Source of the DNA: Iphione sp. A-MEVVRFRX5
Lineage: Eukaryota
DNA length: 64,000 nt
Direction: 5' to 3'
Assembly: GCA_976226885.1 (NCBI GenBank)
Contig: OZ320314.1
Span: 39,432,001 to 39,496,000 of the forward strand
Position numbers and translations under genes: made by a program. Numbering within the stretch: the first letter of the stretch is position 1; every line of letters starts with the position of its first letter. This document shows positions 1 through 13,129 of the stretch, in pieces. The notes below the pieces were generated by a model. It did not search any database. It was not told where the DNA came from and worked only from the letters and a program-made list of their open reading frames with translations.

Positions 1-1311
1 AACAGCCCAGTTTAAATATTTTCACAGAATACGTTTGGGTATTTTCTTCTATGGGGCTCCACCCGGACAAATCAGCCAGACATGTATACATGTATGCATT
101 TAGAACACTTGGGGTCATTCAGTATGTTCAGTATTGTAACTAATATTGGACAGTTCTTTTGTTAACTGGGCACCTTTAACTGACAGGCGCATGTGTTTGG
201 AATGAGATTCGTTCCTAATGGGCCTTTTCCATGCACGTGAATGTAAATAGAAGTGTTTTCTTTAAAAAATCGTCTACCAATTTGTATACATGTTAAAGTA
301 TTATACATGTATAAGGAAATAAATTGAATAAAATATGTTTGTGGGATTCTAACACTTTTTAAACACACTTTACCACGCAAGGGGCATCCCTAGTTTCAAA
401 AGAGGTTGTGTAGCCTTTCTCGGATTTCTCGTTAATTAATGGCATGATATTATCAGGAAGGGAAGGGTTCAGCATCGGGATGGTTGACTGTCCCCAGTTT
501 GCAGTCCTCTGCTGTTGCATCTATCGTGGCGCTACCTCGTGAGGAATACAAAAACTAATGAATTGTCGGACATTTCTCGTTGGCGCTGGATACAATGGTC
601 TTTTTTCTGACTTCAGACATACGTCTGAAAATAAGTCTGCGTTCTCACAAGGCCCACAAATCTTAAACTGATTTACACCTGTTGCATACTGGACACATAA
701 GTACATGTAGGTAGTAATATTCAAGAAACTAGGTGCTAAATTCCTTGAGGTACTCCGTATTACTAGTTGCTTTGGTGGTGCAAACTGTAATGAAATACGG
801 TCGAAACCCGATAACCGCACACTTGAAAACCGAATTATCCGAAATTCAAAAGATTTCTGCTGGATTGAATAGTTTTTCACTATATGCTTCCTCAGATAAC
901 CGAAAAACTCCATTTCTGAATCTGAATGCTCTCATTTGGTTAAAATACACTATTCATACTCAAAAACCGAATGTTCAGACATCCTCCCTGTTGTGAATAT
1001 CAAATAACTTTCCCTTGCATTAGGAATCAAAGGGATCGCTGTTGACGGAGGAGTTTGCAACTTCCCAATCTTCCAGCCATTCGAAGGGAACGCTACTCAA
1101 TGAAGATTTCGTAGGCTACCATACCTTTTTCCTACGTACAGATACCCGTAATAAAGAAAAGTGGCCCTAGACCAGAAGTAACACTTGGATGGGAAGAGTG
1201 GCCTTAGGCCAGAATTCAAAACCCTAAAAATCCCAAATCCGAACGATTTTTTAACTGAAATGGCCGATGTTCGGATATAAGGTTTTGAGTGTACATGCAC
1301 ATAAAAATATA

Positions 1312-1383
1312 CAGGCCCGTAGCCAAGGGGGTATCGGGGGTATCGTCCGACACCGACCAGAAAACTTCCTGGCTACGGACCTG
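1312..1383. mobile_element. 72-bp miniature TIR element (hAT-like termini)
   Basis: CAGGCCCGTAGCCA ... TGGCTACGGACCTG inverted termini (13/14 match); no clear TSD. Confidence 0.5.
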
Positions 1384-2289
1384 ATATACATATATACACG
1401 TACATGTACCAATGCACATGTTACATTTACGATACATGTAAATGTAGGTGTATAATATAGGAAGACATGGCTAGCCTTCTGCTCTTTGAGGTACTACCGA
1501 GTCAAGTCAAATTAGGTTTAGTTACATATGCAAGAATGGAGGTGCTAAATTCCTCAAGGGACTCTGTATTACGAATTGGTCTGGTAATGCAAACTGTAAC
1601 GAAGTAAATGTAATATGTATACACGTATGTGCCATTGCACACGTAAATTTACCGAGGTAGGCCTACCGGATGAATGAATCTATGTCTTCTTTACACATGT
1701 GTATGATAAGACAACTTTGTCCTCCTAGCCTAATTTAAAGCCGTACAAGGGCACGTAGTAATTGCAGAACATGTTGTGAACTTTATTTAAAGTGAAATGA
1801 CCTCTGGTTTACTATTCAACCGACACTCCCTCCCCCCCCCCACACACACAGACACACACATACAGGCTTTATGTTTGTTTGCCAGGTTTTCCACCGAAAG
1901 TCGTAAAAAAAGACTGTTCCCAAACTTATTATTATTATTCTCGTTTATTATAAGCTATGAATACAGCTCTCCGAAACCTCCCTATAATACTTCTCGTTTC
2001 GTGTGCAGCAAAGATATACATGTATATGAGACTTCATGAACACCATAGTATGCCAGGTCGGAAACCTGAAAGGCGGGCGTCCAACACCTTCCGAAACCAG
2101 ACGCAGGAACACTGGCTACTATATCAGTGAATTACCCGGCAGCTGTGGTCAGTATGATCCAAGTGAGGCTTCATTTCTTGATGAGTATAATGGCCCGATC
2201 ACTGACCGGGATACTTAACCCCTTGGTCTCAGTGGGATGACGGAATGGCATCATCTATATGCCCATGACTGTCCACTTTGAGTGAAACT

Positions 2290-5200
2290 GTTGGTGTAAA
2301 CGAAGACTAAATTTAATACATACCAACCAAGAAGGACGTATACCCTTTCCCTCACATTAATGAGACTTTGGACATCCTCAAGGGGGCAAAACACTTCTCT
2401 GCCATTGACCTAGCTTGCGGGTATTCCCAGGTGGAGGTGAGGCCAGAGGAGAGAGCGAAGACAGCGGTATGCATGCCCTGGGGGTTGTTTCCGTTCCGAG
2501 TTATCCCTTTGGGCTATGCAATGCCACCTCTATGTTCAAGCAACCGATGAAGGCAATGCTTGGCGGGCTGGTGGGGAGCAGCTGCCTAGTGTACCTCGAC
2601 GATGTAGTGGTGATCTGACAGATGGTGGATGAAATGACACAGCAGTTGCAAGAAGTGTTCCAGTGACTATGTGGGACTAGGTTGAAAGTGAAGCCACAGA
2701 AATGTCACCTCTTCCAAGAAGAGGTGGGGTACCTTGGCCACCATGTATTGGCAGAAGGCATTCAGCCTAACCCCGAGAAGTCATCCATGAGTGGGAGGCG
2801 CGAGACTGCATCACAGAAGTAAGGAGCTTCATTCTGCTCCTACTATTGCAGTTTCATCACTAATTTTGCATCTGTCACGGTTCAACTCGATCAGCTGATG
2901 GAGAAGGGACAAGAGTCTTGGTGGAAGGAGGAGTGCCAGGGTGCTTTTGAGGACTTGAGAGGATGCTGACGATAGCTCTCATCCTGGCATACCCCTGGGT
3001 GGACAAGCAACTGACTTTGGACATAGATGCATCACCCACCATAGTGGGTGTGGTGCTCTCCCAACAGCAGGACAGCATGGAAAGGATGCTGGCATATGCC
3101 AGTTGCAGTCTGAATAACGCTGGGAGAAACTACTGTGTGACATACAAGGAACTCCTGATGGTTGTATTCGGGCTGTGCAAGTTCAGGTCCTAGGTGGGTG
3201 GAAGAAGGATCGTCATCTGCACTGACCATAGCTCCTTGTGCTGGCGGTGCCAGTTTCAGGAACCAGAGAGGCAACAGGCCTGCTGGTTAGACGAGGTGTA
3301 CTGCTACGACCTGGACATCATGCTGGGGCCAGGCATGCAACATGGAAATGCAGAGGGCCTGTCACAGCAGCAGTGCCAACAGTGTGACCGGGGAGCACCA
3401 GACGAGAAAGAGGAGCAGGCCCCAGAGAGAGCTGCTGCTGTGAGTGTGGAACCAGAGCCAACAATGTCTCTCCAATAAGCACAGGAAGAAGATGAGCTGG
3501 TGACCGGCCTGCAGGCCCACCTGCTGGAAGGAGAGGTGTCAGAACTATCAGCAGATGACCTGACCGCAAGAAGGCTGAAGAGCAAGTGGCCCTGACTATG
3601 GGTTGTGGATGACCTGATATGCCACCACTGGGAACAGGAGGATGGGATGACCTGTTACCAAGCATATTGTCCCTCCATCCTTGGGCCAGAAGATCTGGGC
3701 AGATGTCTCCTGGGGAGCCCTAGGGGGCCACCTCAGCCTGGAGAAGACAGAAGGGGCAATACAGGCCAAGTACTTCTGGCCTGGTCTTGCCCGTGATGTC
3801 CATCATTGGGGACTCTCCTGCTTGGACTGCCAGAAGGTGGATCCTGCATTCCAGCACCAGGGATCCCTGCAGCAGAGGATCACCCTGGGACCTTGGGAGG
3901 TGGTGGCTGTCAACGTGTGTGGCCCTTTCCCTATCACTGCTCGTGTGAACCTCTACATTCTTGTCATGGCCGATCACTTCACGAAGTGGACAGAGGCCTT
4001 CCCCATCGGGAGATGGATGCAAAGTCGATGGCATGGATCCTAGTGAAAGAAGTGGAATGCCGTTTTGGGACTCCTTGAGCTCTCCACTGCGATCAGTGGC
4101 AAAACTTTGAAGCCAGCATGATGAGGGAACTACTACAGCTCTTGGGTATTCAGAAAACGAGGACCACCCATACAATCCACAGAGCGATGGTGTCATGGAG
4201 AGGTACAACTGCACCATGCTGAGCATACTGGCGAAGGTAATGAAGGAAGACCAGTTGGATTGGGATGAGCATATTCCACACATGATGTCTGCTTACTAGG
4301 CAACCCTTCACCAGACTACCAGATACTCCCTGAACTGGCTGGCCCTGCAAAGGAAGACCATACTGCCGATTGAAATCATGGTGCGGGCAGTCCCCAGGGA
4401 GGTGGTCTGGATAGTGGACTACATGGAACCGGTGCAGCAGGAGTTCATCTGAGCTCCCACAATAGTGCATCGACATTTTCATTGGGCAGACGAGTGACAG
4501 AAAGACTGGTATGACCAGAAGGTATGCCCCCAGGCCTATATGGAGGGAACACAGTGTGGGTCTTCTCGCTAATCAAGAAGGGGCACTCACTGAAACTACA
4601 GTGCCGGTGGCATGGACCCTGGACAGTACACACTAAGTTGAGCAGCATGGTGTACCGAATTGGATGAGGGAAAAAGCACAGAGTTGTGCACGTGGACCTG
4701 CTTAAGCAGGCCCACCTACCACCGGAAGCAGGAGGGGCAGGTGAAAGTCATCCAGTCTGCCCCCATGGAGACACTGCCCAATTGGGGGGGGGGGGCTGGG
4801 GGGGTCATGCCACTGCGGTGGTATCAGTGACCCTTGAAGGAGAAACCACCCTTGGAGAGCACCTGGGGGCTTTGTAGGGAAGAGACCTGGGCATCCCCAG
4901 TGGCTGGGTGAAGACACAGGAGCAGGAGCTGCATGAACTGAGCCATTAGACCCATGCTATGCTGGACCCCCAGCACCAGGACACCTATCGGCATATTGGC
5001 TTCATCTGTCACTGTCCGGGACCATGCTGTTATGGAATGGTATTCTGTCTGTAGGATGACTTCAGGTGACATCTGGCTAATAAGCACACTTGTAACCTGA
5101 GACATTATTTGACCCTGGGCTCACAAGCAGAGATGATCTTTGTGGAGTACCTGACAGGAGTTTAACATCCCAGAAGATTGCCTATGGGAGGCAGAATGGG
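2290..5200 (+). mobile_element. Decayed Ty3/Gypsy LTR retrotransposon pol (RT, RNase H, HHCC zinc finger, integrase core, GPY/F tail) plus 3' extra ORF
   Basis: KDVYPFPHINETLDILKGAKHFSAIDLACGYSQV, YLDD (2592-2603), DIDASP..VGVVLSQ, AYASCSL, GGHL..YFWPGL..SCLDCQK and VAVNVCGPFP..ADHFTKW. Many stops and frameshifts; no gag or flanking LTR recognised. Confidence 0.92.
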
Positions 5201-5264
5201 CCTTAGTTGTGGAGGAGTATGAGTAGGAGCTGGCCTGGCATCCTAGCCTGGCATGAACTAGCAC

Positions 5265-5771
5265 ACAAGAATTGTGGGCCCCAAATTTTGTATATTGATC
5301 TAAAAGACTCCAAATTTCAATTTTAGAAGGGTCAACATCATAAAAGCTGAACCTGGTTGCCATGACAACCATTTTATATCTGGAAATTTAGAAAATTTTC
5401 ATCTGATTGTTTTCATATATATATATTGATCTTTCTTGAAACGTAATTATCATATTAAGATATAAATTCTTTTACACAAATATTTGTAAATGGTTGTTCT
5501 TAATTTACTAATTTTAGGTCGTCATTAATACTTGAACTTTGACCTCAAAATGTCATACAAAAAGTGATTTGACCTTACATTGTTTCCATGGAAATGACCA
5601 TAGAAAACTGTTCTGCTTTACATCAAAGCTGATATGAAAATTGAATTCCTACGCTTCATTTTGATGTTTTTGTGGTAAGTCTATGATAGTTCTTTGTCAT
5701 TCTTTATACAGTTGTAATCAGACATGTTATTTCCAAATTTGGTCAAATTCTACTAGTAAGTGTCTCAGTTC
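5265..5771. repeat. AT-rich interspersed-repeat-like segment (possibly non-autonomous Helitron/Helentron-type)
   Basis: Starts AACTAG and contains ccaaattt/ttgaccT words and GTTGCCATGACAAC, typical of marine-invertebrate non-autonomous repeats. It truncates the Gypsy copy. Family assignment is weak. Confidence 0.3.
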
Positions 5772-5774
5772 TTA

Positions 5775-6324
5775 AGTGCTATACCCATAGGCACAAACAT
5801 TCCGGACCTGCCACCCTGTGCGTGGAGACCGGGATGTCCGGCCCAAGCAGTTTAGATACAACTATACCCATGTACGCGAACAACCCGGACATGCCACCTC
5901 CTGCGTGCAGGACGATCCATGTTCGTCCGGGAATCCCACACCATGCCACTCTGTGTGGACTGATAGAATAGAATAGAATAGAATAGAGTAAAATAGACAC
6001 AAGTTCAATGAGATCTGCAGAAAAAAACACATCATTTACACAAATTTGACAGGAATTCAGTGAGATCTGCAGGAAAAACACATTTTTTACACAAATTTGA
6101 CAGGAATTCAGTGAGATCTGCACAAAAAAACACCTTACACAAATTTTACAGGAATTCAATGAGATGTGTACACATACACACACATGCACACACACACATC
6201 AGGAAGACTGCATATAGTTTGTGTACATGGGGATAGACCCTGCCACATGTTGCGGGATGGTCCTGGAAGTTTGCACTATGCCACTTTGTGCATGTGGAAT
6301 GTTCGCGCCTATGGGTATAGCGCT
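5775..6324. mobile_element. PIF/Harbinger-type MITE
   Basis: ~29-bp TIRs AG(T/C)GCTATACCCATAGGC(A/G)C(A/G)AACATTCC with TTA on both sides (5772-5774, 6325-6327). Internal (ATAGA)n, three ~55-bp tandem repeats (6005-6165) and (CA)n. Confidence 0.8.
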
Positions 6325-7498
6325 TTAGTTATTGATGAATAAAGTGTAATATATTGTGGTAGTGTTTTTCCCTTTTAATTATGATATTTTCCTACCAGAG
6401 AATAGTAAAATTCCAATACAGAAGAAAATGTAACTTTAGTTACAAATCTTAACTGAAATGAAGTTCAAGGTTAGCTCAAGGTCACATTTCCTTCAATATC
6501 AAAGAAACTATAAAAATCACAGTGCATTTCTTTCATTGCTGTTATCTGTGTACCATCGGATTAAAGATATGATTTCAGAAGGAATGAAGAATGAAGGTGT
6601 TGCTGGAAAAAAAGAAGCCACTGTTCTAAATGTCAAGGTCAAGTCACTCAATACTGGGAATAATGCTTGGTTTTAGAATAGTAACCAATATAAACTAATG
6701 TTTGGCAAAACATAAACCTTGAGTTTTGAATTCCAGTCTAACATACAAATTGGAAAAAGGATAATTTCTGAATGTACTGGCCTTGTGTATTTCCCACCTC
6801 CTCAGTCGCTTATCTAAATTGTGAATTTCCTTTGGTGCATGTTTTTACAGCTGTAAAGCTATTGTTCTCCTCGATCAAAGAGCCATACTAAGATTCAGTC
6901 TCAATTTGTTTATTGTTGATCAATAAAGAATCAACTGGTACAGTTTCCTGGTTGTCATCTTTATATAGTGCATCCCTCCCTGCCTGGAGCCAGGCTGCTC
7001 ACCTGAGCTCAGGGCAGAGCCCATACAGGCTCCGCCCATCCCTTCCCAGTTGGAGCCAGTACAGGCTCCACCCACAATATGTATTTTGGAGAACTATGGA
7101 TTATACCATGACTGTTTTCTTACAAGCACATAACATGTAGCATGTATGGTATAGCATGTTTTTATGTGTGTGCTGCCATGTTTTGAGATTGGAACAGTTC
7201 CCATTTTTCATGGCCAGGTATGCATGTTTTGCACAGCAGTATAGGAAAAGTGGGATTGAAATGACTGTGTTAACTATGCTAAAAAAAGGGGCTGGTTCCT
7301 CAAAGTTAATCCTGTGATTAAGCCTGATCAATTATCAATCTGGGTGATTTTGTAACAACAAAGTGTAAACCACACTGGTACGTTCAATTTTCAGCCTTTA
7401 TTTCTGGAACAGCAATACAGCATTTGGTGGTTGACAGCAGACCAGTCCAAGGAGGGTGTCATAGTAACCTCCTTATATACTTAACACTTCGGTAAATA

Positions 7499-7675
7499 CA
7501 GTGGAGTCTCTATTTCCGACCACATCAATTTCCGACCGTTCTTGATATTACGACCAGTACAGCTTGGCACAAAGTTTGTGTTTCTATAATTAACAATTAT
7601 CGATTTACAACCAAATTTGCCATTCCGACCATTAAGCTTGGAACAGATTGGAGGTCGGAAATAGAGACTCGACTG
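7499..7675. mobile_element. Tc1/mariner-pogo (Tigger-like) MITE
   Basis: 23-bp TIRs CAGT(G/C)GAGTCTCTATTTCCGACC with TA on both sides. Confidence 0.85.
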
Positions 7676-9846
7676 TACTGTGCATAAACATTGTGTGATT
7701 TGCTTTAACCATTAATTACATGTCAAACAAACAATACTTGATTGTCTTACTTACATCCATCTGCATCATCATGATATGTATCCAGGGTACGTCAATCAAT
7801 AAGATGCTATGTACTGATGATTTCTTACATTCCAGAGTATTATGAACACATCTAGGTGCAAGCTGTAAACAAGTTCTAGGCAAAAAGAACCTAATGGAGA
7901 GTTATGCAGACCTCTTAACCAGAAATACAAATACTAATGACAAATCTATTTTTGCTCCTTTTTTGGGGGCGAAACCCTGTTATCATTACCTGCCCATAAT
8001 ACTTATATATTAAGATGTGCTATGTTCACATCTCACCCTCACATGATTATAGACATTTTGAGCTAATCAGGAGGGACTATTTTTTGTCAACAATTGGAAT
8101 GGACTATCTCCATGACAAAGCATGCAGGAGGCTTGACAACCATTGGCTGGTTGTCACAACAGGGTAGTGTTTGCTTCTGGCTAGCTGTTTTTTCGTTTTC
8201 GTTGGTCTATTTTTGCTCCTGTCCAGTATAGACTTTATGTATTAAGACTTTAACTGTACACTTTATAATGCACAGTCACTTTATCAATGATTTCATCACT
8301 TCTACTGGTTATATCTTAATGAAAGCTAAGGACCTAAGCAAGAAAATGAACCATCACATGTCCTTCTTATTATGAACGTTATATTGTTTTGAAGTTTTGC
8401 TCTTAAATCAAGGTAAAATGACAATTTTTACAATTTGCAGTAACATACAAAATAGTATAATTATGATGTTGTTTACATTTTGCCATCAGTGGTGAGTCAG
8501 TGGCAAACTTTACATGGCTGTAACTTTCTAGAGAATCAAACTAGAAAAGGCAAGCTATATCTCATCCTCTTCCTTATGTTGTTAGCTTTCATTTGATATA
8601 TATTTTGTTAAAATTTGGCTTGAGAAGACAGTCATGTTTACTGGGAGTCACAATTCGTTGTAAAAATTACACCATTTTACCTTGAATCAAACACAAAACT
8701 TCGCACATAATGATTCAATTTTAATGTAACAAAGTTCATATGAAAGCTTTGGCTGCAAGTAAAAAAAGCTATTATATGTCTTTTCAATATCAACGACAAT
8801 GGCTGCTTTAAATGTAACCATATTCCCAATGGAACTGCATCAACAAGATCAACCTAGTTGCACAATGATGACCTTGGATCAAATTTGATCCACACCTTGA
8901 TCCAAGGATCAGAACTGATCCATCAAACCTGATCTTTGGGATCACGGCTGATTGAGGAACCGTTGCCAGGTATTTTCTTACATTTCTACGCAGCTGTTCA
9001 GCAATTTTGCCATTTTCCTGTCAGGACTGCACTGTTTTTGAGCGAAAAGTTCATGAGTTTTGACATTTTCCAGCTGAATTCGCATGAATTTTGCTTTTAC
9101 CTGGCCCGTTTTACTTGAAATTCACCATTTTCTTCCAGTTTTGTATCCAATTTGCACAAGTATTGCCAAATAGGCATGGGTTTTGTTTTTCCACTGAATT
9201 CCAAGAAACATATACAGTGGAGTCACAATGGATGCCTGGACACAGCAGATGACCCCTACAATGGATGTCGGGTCGAGTCCCAAACAAAAGTAGTAAATGA
9301 CATGTTTACACCTGCCCGGACACAGCAGACATTCACGGACAGTGGACACCCGCATCTAGATAATCCCAAAACCTTATTTTGCTGTCTTTATGGCAGACAG
9401 ACACCCTGGAGACTGTCATCCACTCCTTTGATGAGTCCCCACACCCAGGAAAGGCACAACCGCATCCCATACATCCTCAAGTAACCGCTCCCATCCCTCC
9501 TTTGGTTAGTCCCTATTCCCAGGAGAGGTGTGAGCTCACCCTGACACCCTGGAGGAGGCACTCCCGGCCCTCCTTTGATGAGTCCCAACACCCTGGAAAG
9601 GCACAAGCTTGTCCCAACACCCTGGAGAAGGCACTCCTGTCCCTCCTTTCAGGACCAGCGAGAGGCACGAGCTTGTTTCAACACACTGGAAGAGGCCTCC
9701 CTCACACCTTGGGGGCCCTGACACATAGCATAAACCCCTCCAACAAGCCACTCTAATCATTCATTCTTCTGCTCCTCACGCTGTTGTTCCTTCTGCTGCT
9801 GCTGCCGTACCTTCAGCTGATGCTATCATACCTTCTGCTGCTGCCT

Positions 9847-10015
9847 GCCATCAGTCTGCCGCTGCTGGCCTTCCTTCTACCCCTGCCCACCATCAGTCTG
9901 CTGCTGCTGCTCTTCACTCTACCCCTGTCTGCCATCAGTCTGCTGCTGCTGGCCTTCCTTCTATCCCTGCCCGCCATCAGTCTGCCGCTGCCACCTTTCA
10001 CTCTACCCCTGCTGT
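9847..10015 (+). repeat. 42-bp minisatellite, 4 copies
   Basis: (G/A)CCATCAGTCTG recurs at 9847, 9889, 9931 and 9973. Confidence 0.9.
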
Positions 10016-10058
10016 CCTTCCTTTAACTGCTGCCGCCCTTCACTCTACCCCTTCCATC

Positions 10059-10715
10059 ATGCTTGAGAAGAGAGTCATGCTGTACTTAAGGGACAAGGTG
10101 AAACTCATCCAGACTACACAGGGCAGAAGTTGTAGACAGCTTGCTGAAAACTGGAAAACTGGCAAGACCCATGTGGCCTCCACAATGAAGAGGAAAGCAG
10201 AGCTCCTTGAGGCGTATGAAACCACAGCTGACCCCAATGCCAAGAGGAGATGTACCCTGCCTGTCCAGAGCACCCTGGACTCTACCATGTTTACATGGTT
10301 TTCCAGGCTGAGGTCAATCAACATTCCTGTGTCAGGGCCAATGATACAGGCCAAGGCCCTGGAGGTGGTAGCCAAGCTGGAGTTCCCTGACTTCAAGGCA
10401 TCAAATGGCTGGTTGTATCAATTCAAGCAAGACACAACAATGCAGGGATGAGAGTGTAAGGTTAAAGAGGAATAGTAAGTTTAAAGAGGAATAGTTCAAG
10501 TGGCAGTTGTTGAGGAGTGGCTGGACAGACTTCCTCAGGTTCTGGAGTCCTACCACCCCAGGGACGTCCACAATGTAGATGAAACTGGGGTGTTCTTCAG
10601 GGTACTGCCTGACAGGACCCTATGAAGGGTTCTGATGTGACAGGAAGCAAGAAGGCCAATGACAGACTGCCCATCTGTCTGTGCTGCAACATGACTGTGC
10701 CCAAGTGCCTCCTCA
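10059..10715 (+). pseudogene. Tigger-like (CENP-B/pogo) transposase pseudogene
   Basis: psq-type HTH (LRDKVKLIQ...SCRQLAENWKTGKTHV) and CENP-B HTH (IPVSGPMIQAKALE...FKASNGWL). After a frameshift come NVDETG (10572-10589) and GSKKANDRL; truncated in the DDE domain. Confidence 0.85.
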
Positions 10716-11935
10716 CTTGTAATGGACACTATAATCTGGCACCTACTAATGTTAGTGCTTTTGTATAACCATTTTTTCAAGGACTCAATTATGTACAACA
10801 GTTTGTGTAGATCACACCTGGCCGTATTGCAATGTAGCAGTCTGGTGACATTGCACTCTTCGCCTTTCCACAGAATACCAGTCAGTACTTTAGCTGAGCA
10901 GACTGTAGGTAATTTACTGCCATCGCAAGGGATGAAGCCTAAGGCAATGCAGAGCAATAGAAGGGTAGGGTCCAAACACCTCTGGAAGGGAGTGACCCTG
11001 CTTCATCCCAGACTATAAGACAAGGCTCAGCAAAGTGAGTCACCCTGCACTAAAGCAAGGGTAACTACAAAACTCTTATCTCATGGTCTCTCTGCTGGGG
11101 GGTAGCATGTGATCTGTTTAGGAACAGCCAGTATTCCCTGAAGAGTTTAATCAACACCTAGACTCTGGAAAAGAGTAAAAATCATACTCATGTTATAGGA
11201 TGTGTTTTAAGTAGAACTGACAAACTGTGTTCTCATTTGTCCACATGTCCCTCTTGAGAATTTTTTGATGGGTAATTGAGAGGCAAACAGCTTGCAGATG
11301 AAGGCAACCTTCGTCCTATTGTACCATGCAGATACCCATATCAATACCTATCCTAAACAACACCCCCTTGATCCACCTGGCTAAGGTGGATGCACTGACT
11401 GACTGGCAAGGAAGAATGTAGCTAATGAACAGAGCAGCTTGCTCCCCTTTTGTTTTTAGTAGGAGTCATGTAATCTCTAATGTGAGTGATTCCCTGCCCT
11501 ATTGTGCTTCAAAGCAAAAGAGAAGTTTATCTGTAGACAGTTTGTACCTACTTCGTTGACATTGGCTAAATCTATACTGTAGTCTGAAGTTTATCACAAC
11601 AAGCTAGTAATAGCAGCTTGACTATTTTCAAGGTAAGGGTCTTAACCCCTTTCAAACCAGCCATAGACAAATCATACATACTTGCGTGCTGGTAACTATG
11701 CCAGAACTCCCATATTAGCCCCTGTATCCATTTCAGTTATTTTCAGGGGCTATGCATGTACACGAGTTTTCTGGACCTGGGCCTGGTGGTGTGTACACTG
11801 GGTAGACTGTACCATTGTATTTTAATAGGAGTGTACCCATGAATGTGGGTTACCTAGACCTGGACCTGGTGGCATGTTTCTTAATCAGTGATGGTCCGGT
11901 CTGCCTGATGCTTAATGCTTAAAAGACATTAAATT

Positions 11936-12176
11936 TCCCCTGATATGGCTCACTTTCGACCTCCCGCTGCATAACCATAATTTTGACTGATATAGCTTAC
12001 TTTCACCCAAAAGACTGAAAATGTCCACCATTATGGCTCATTTTCAACAAAAAGACCCATTTCCACTGATATTGCTCACTTTCAACAAAAAGACACAAAA
12101 TGTCCACCAATATGGCTCACTTTCAACAAGAAAACCCAAAATTTCCACCAATATGGCTCACTTTCAACAAAGACTC
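11936..12176. repeat. ~40-bp minisatellite, about 5-6 diverged copies
   Basis: Repeated ccac(t/c)(g/a)atatggctcactttcaacaaaaagac unit. Confidence 0.85.
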
Positions 12177-13129
12177 TATTTTGTAGGTATTTAATTTAAA
12201 GAATTTAACATAAAATGTTAAAACAATGCATTTAAGCCATATACACGGGAATAAAGGCCTGTCACGTGTGGTGGGCGAATATAGATGGCTTGCAGCCCGG
12301 ATTAGCATTTTAACCCCCATACATGGGGATACCGCCTTAGGGACATCAAACAGGAATACTCTGTCCAACTTATTATTACATTAAATTTTTAGAAATATTC
12401 AGTAACCATGGAGAAGCAGTCACATGACCTCTAGAAACCTAAATAATGAACATCTTCACATGTTTTCAGACATATCTATACAAATGTGTCTATGCAGTTT
12501 GCCCACCTGAATCTCTCACTGATTGCCTGGGCATCCTGGCTGAATAAAAAACCAGGCATCCCTGGTGTGGAAAGGGGAGAGCGGAGCCAGGTCCCAGGTG
12601 TCATAAGCCTGCGCCAGCAGTGACATCATGGTTGGCTGGTGTGGGTTGGCCAGCCAGGGTGATGGGTGGTGTCTGGGGTTGGTTCATGCTCCCTGTCAGG
12701 GCCTGCAGCCAGAGGTCCCATCCTTGGCCCAGTGTCTTCAGGGAAAACTTGGTGGCCTCCTGGCTTTGTGCTCGCACCCACCTTGTTGTCGAAGATGATC
12801 CCTGGATATCAATGGGATGGTCTGTGGCATGGCTGGCCCTGGCTGCTCCTGCTGCCAGCCTTTCTTCTCATTGGTGGCTGCTGCCTTCTCTAGCTGGGGT
12901 GTCAGTCAACTTCCAGTGGCAGTGGATAGGGACTCATATAATCCCCATGACTAGACGTCAGCCAAGCCCCTCCCCCCCCCCGATGGGAGGGCCACACCTG
13001 GAGGGCCTCCCTGGAGGTTGCCAAGGGTGTCAGTGAGTGCGAATAAGACACTTGTCACACTGGGAATCTGTGAGGACCATCTCCTCCCTTGCCCTAAAGT
13101 CAAAGTAGACTACCCTGGTGTCCTGATCT

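Larger units (their letters stand above)
9215..10720 (+). mobile_element. Tigger/pogo-family DNA transposon relic
   Basis: Left end TA|CAGTGGAGTC followed by a transposase relic; right TIR not found. Confidence 0.7.

Noticed and set aside
9784-10026. Leu/Pro-rich signal-peptide-like ORF
   Set aside because: Artefact of the 42-bp C/T-rich minisatellite.
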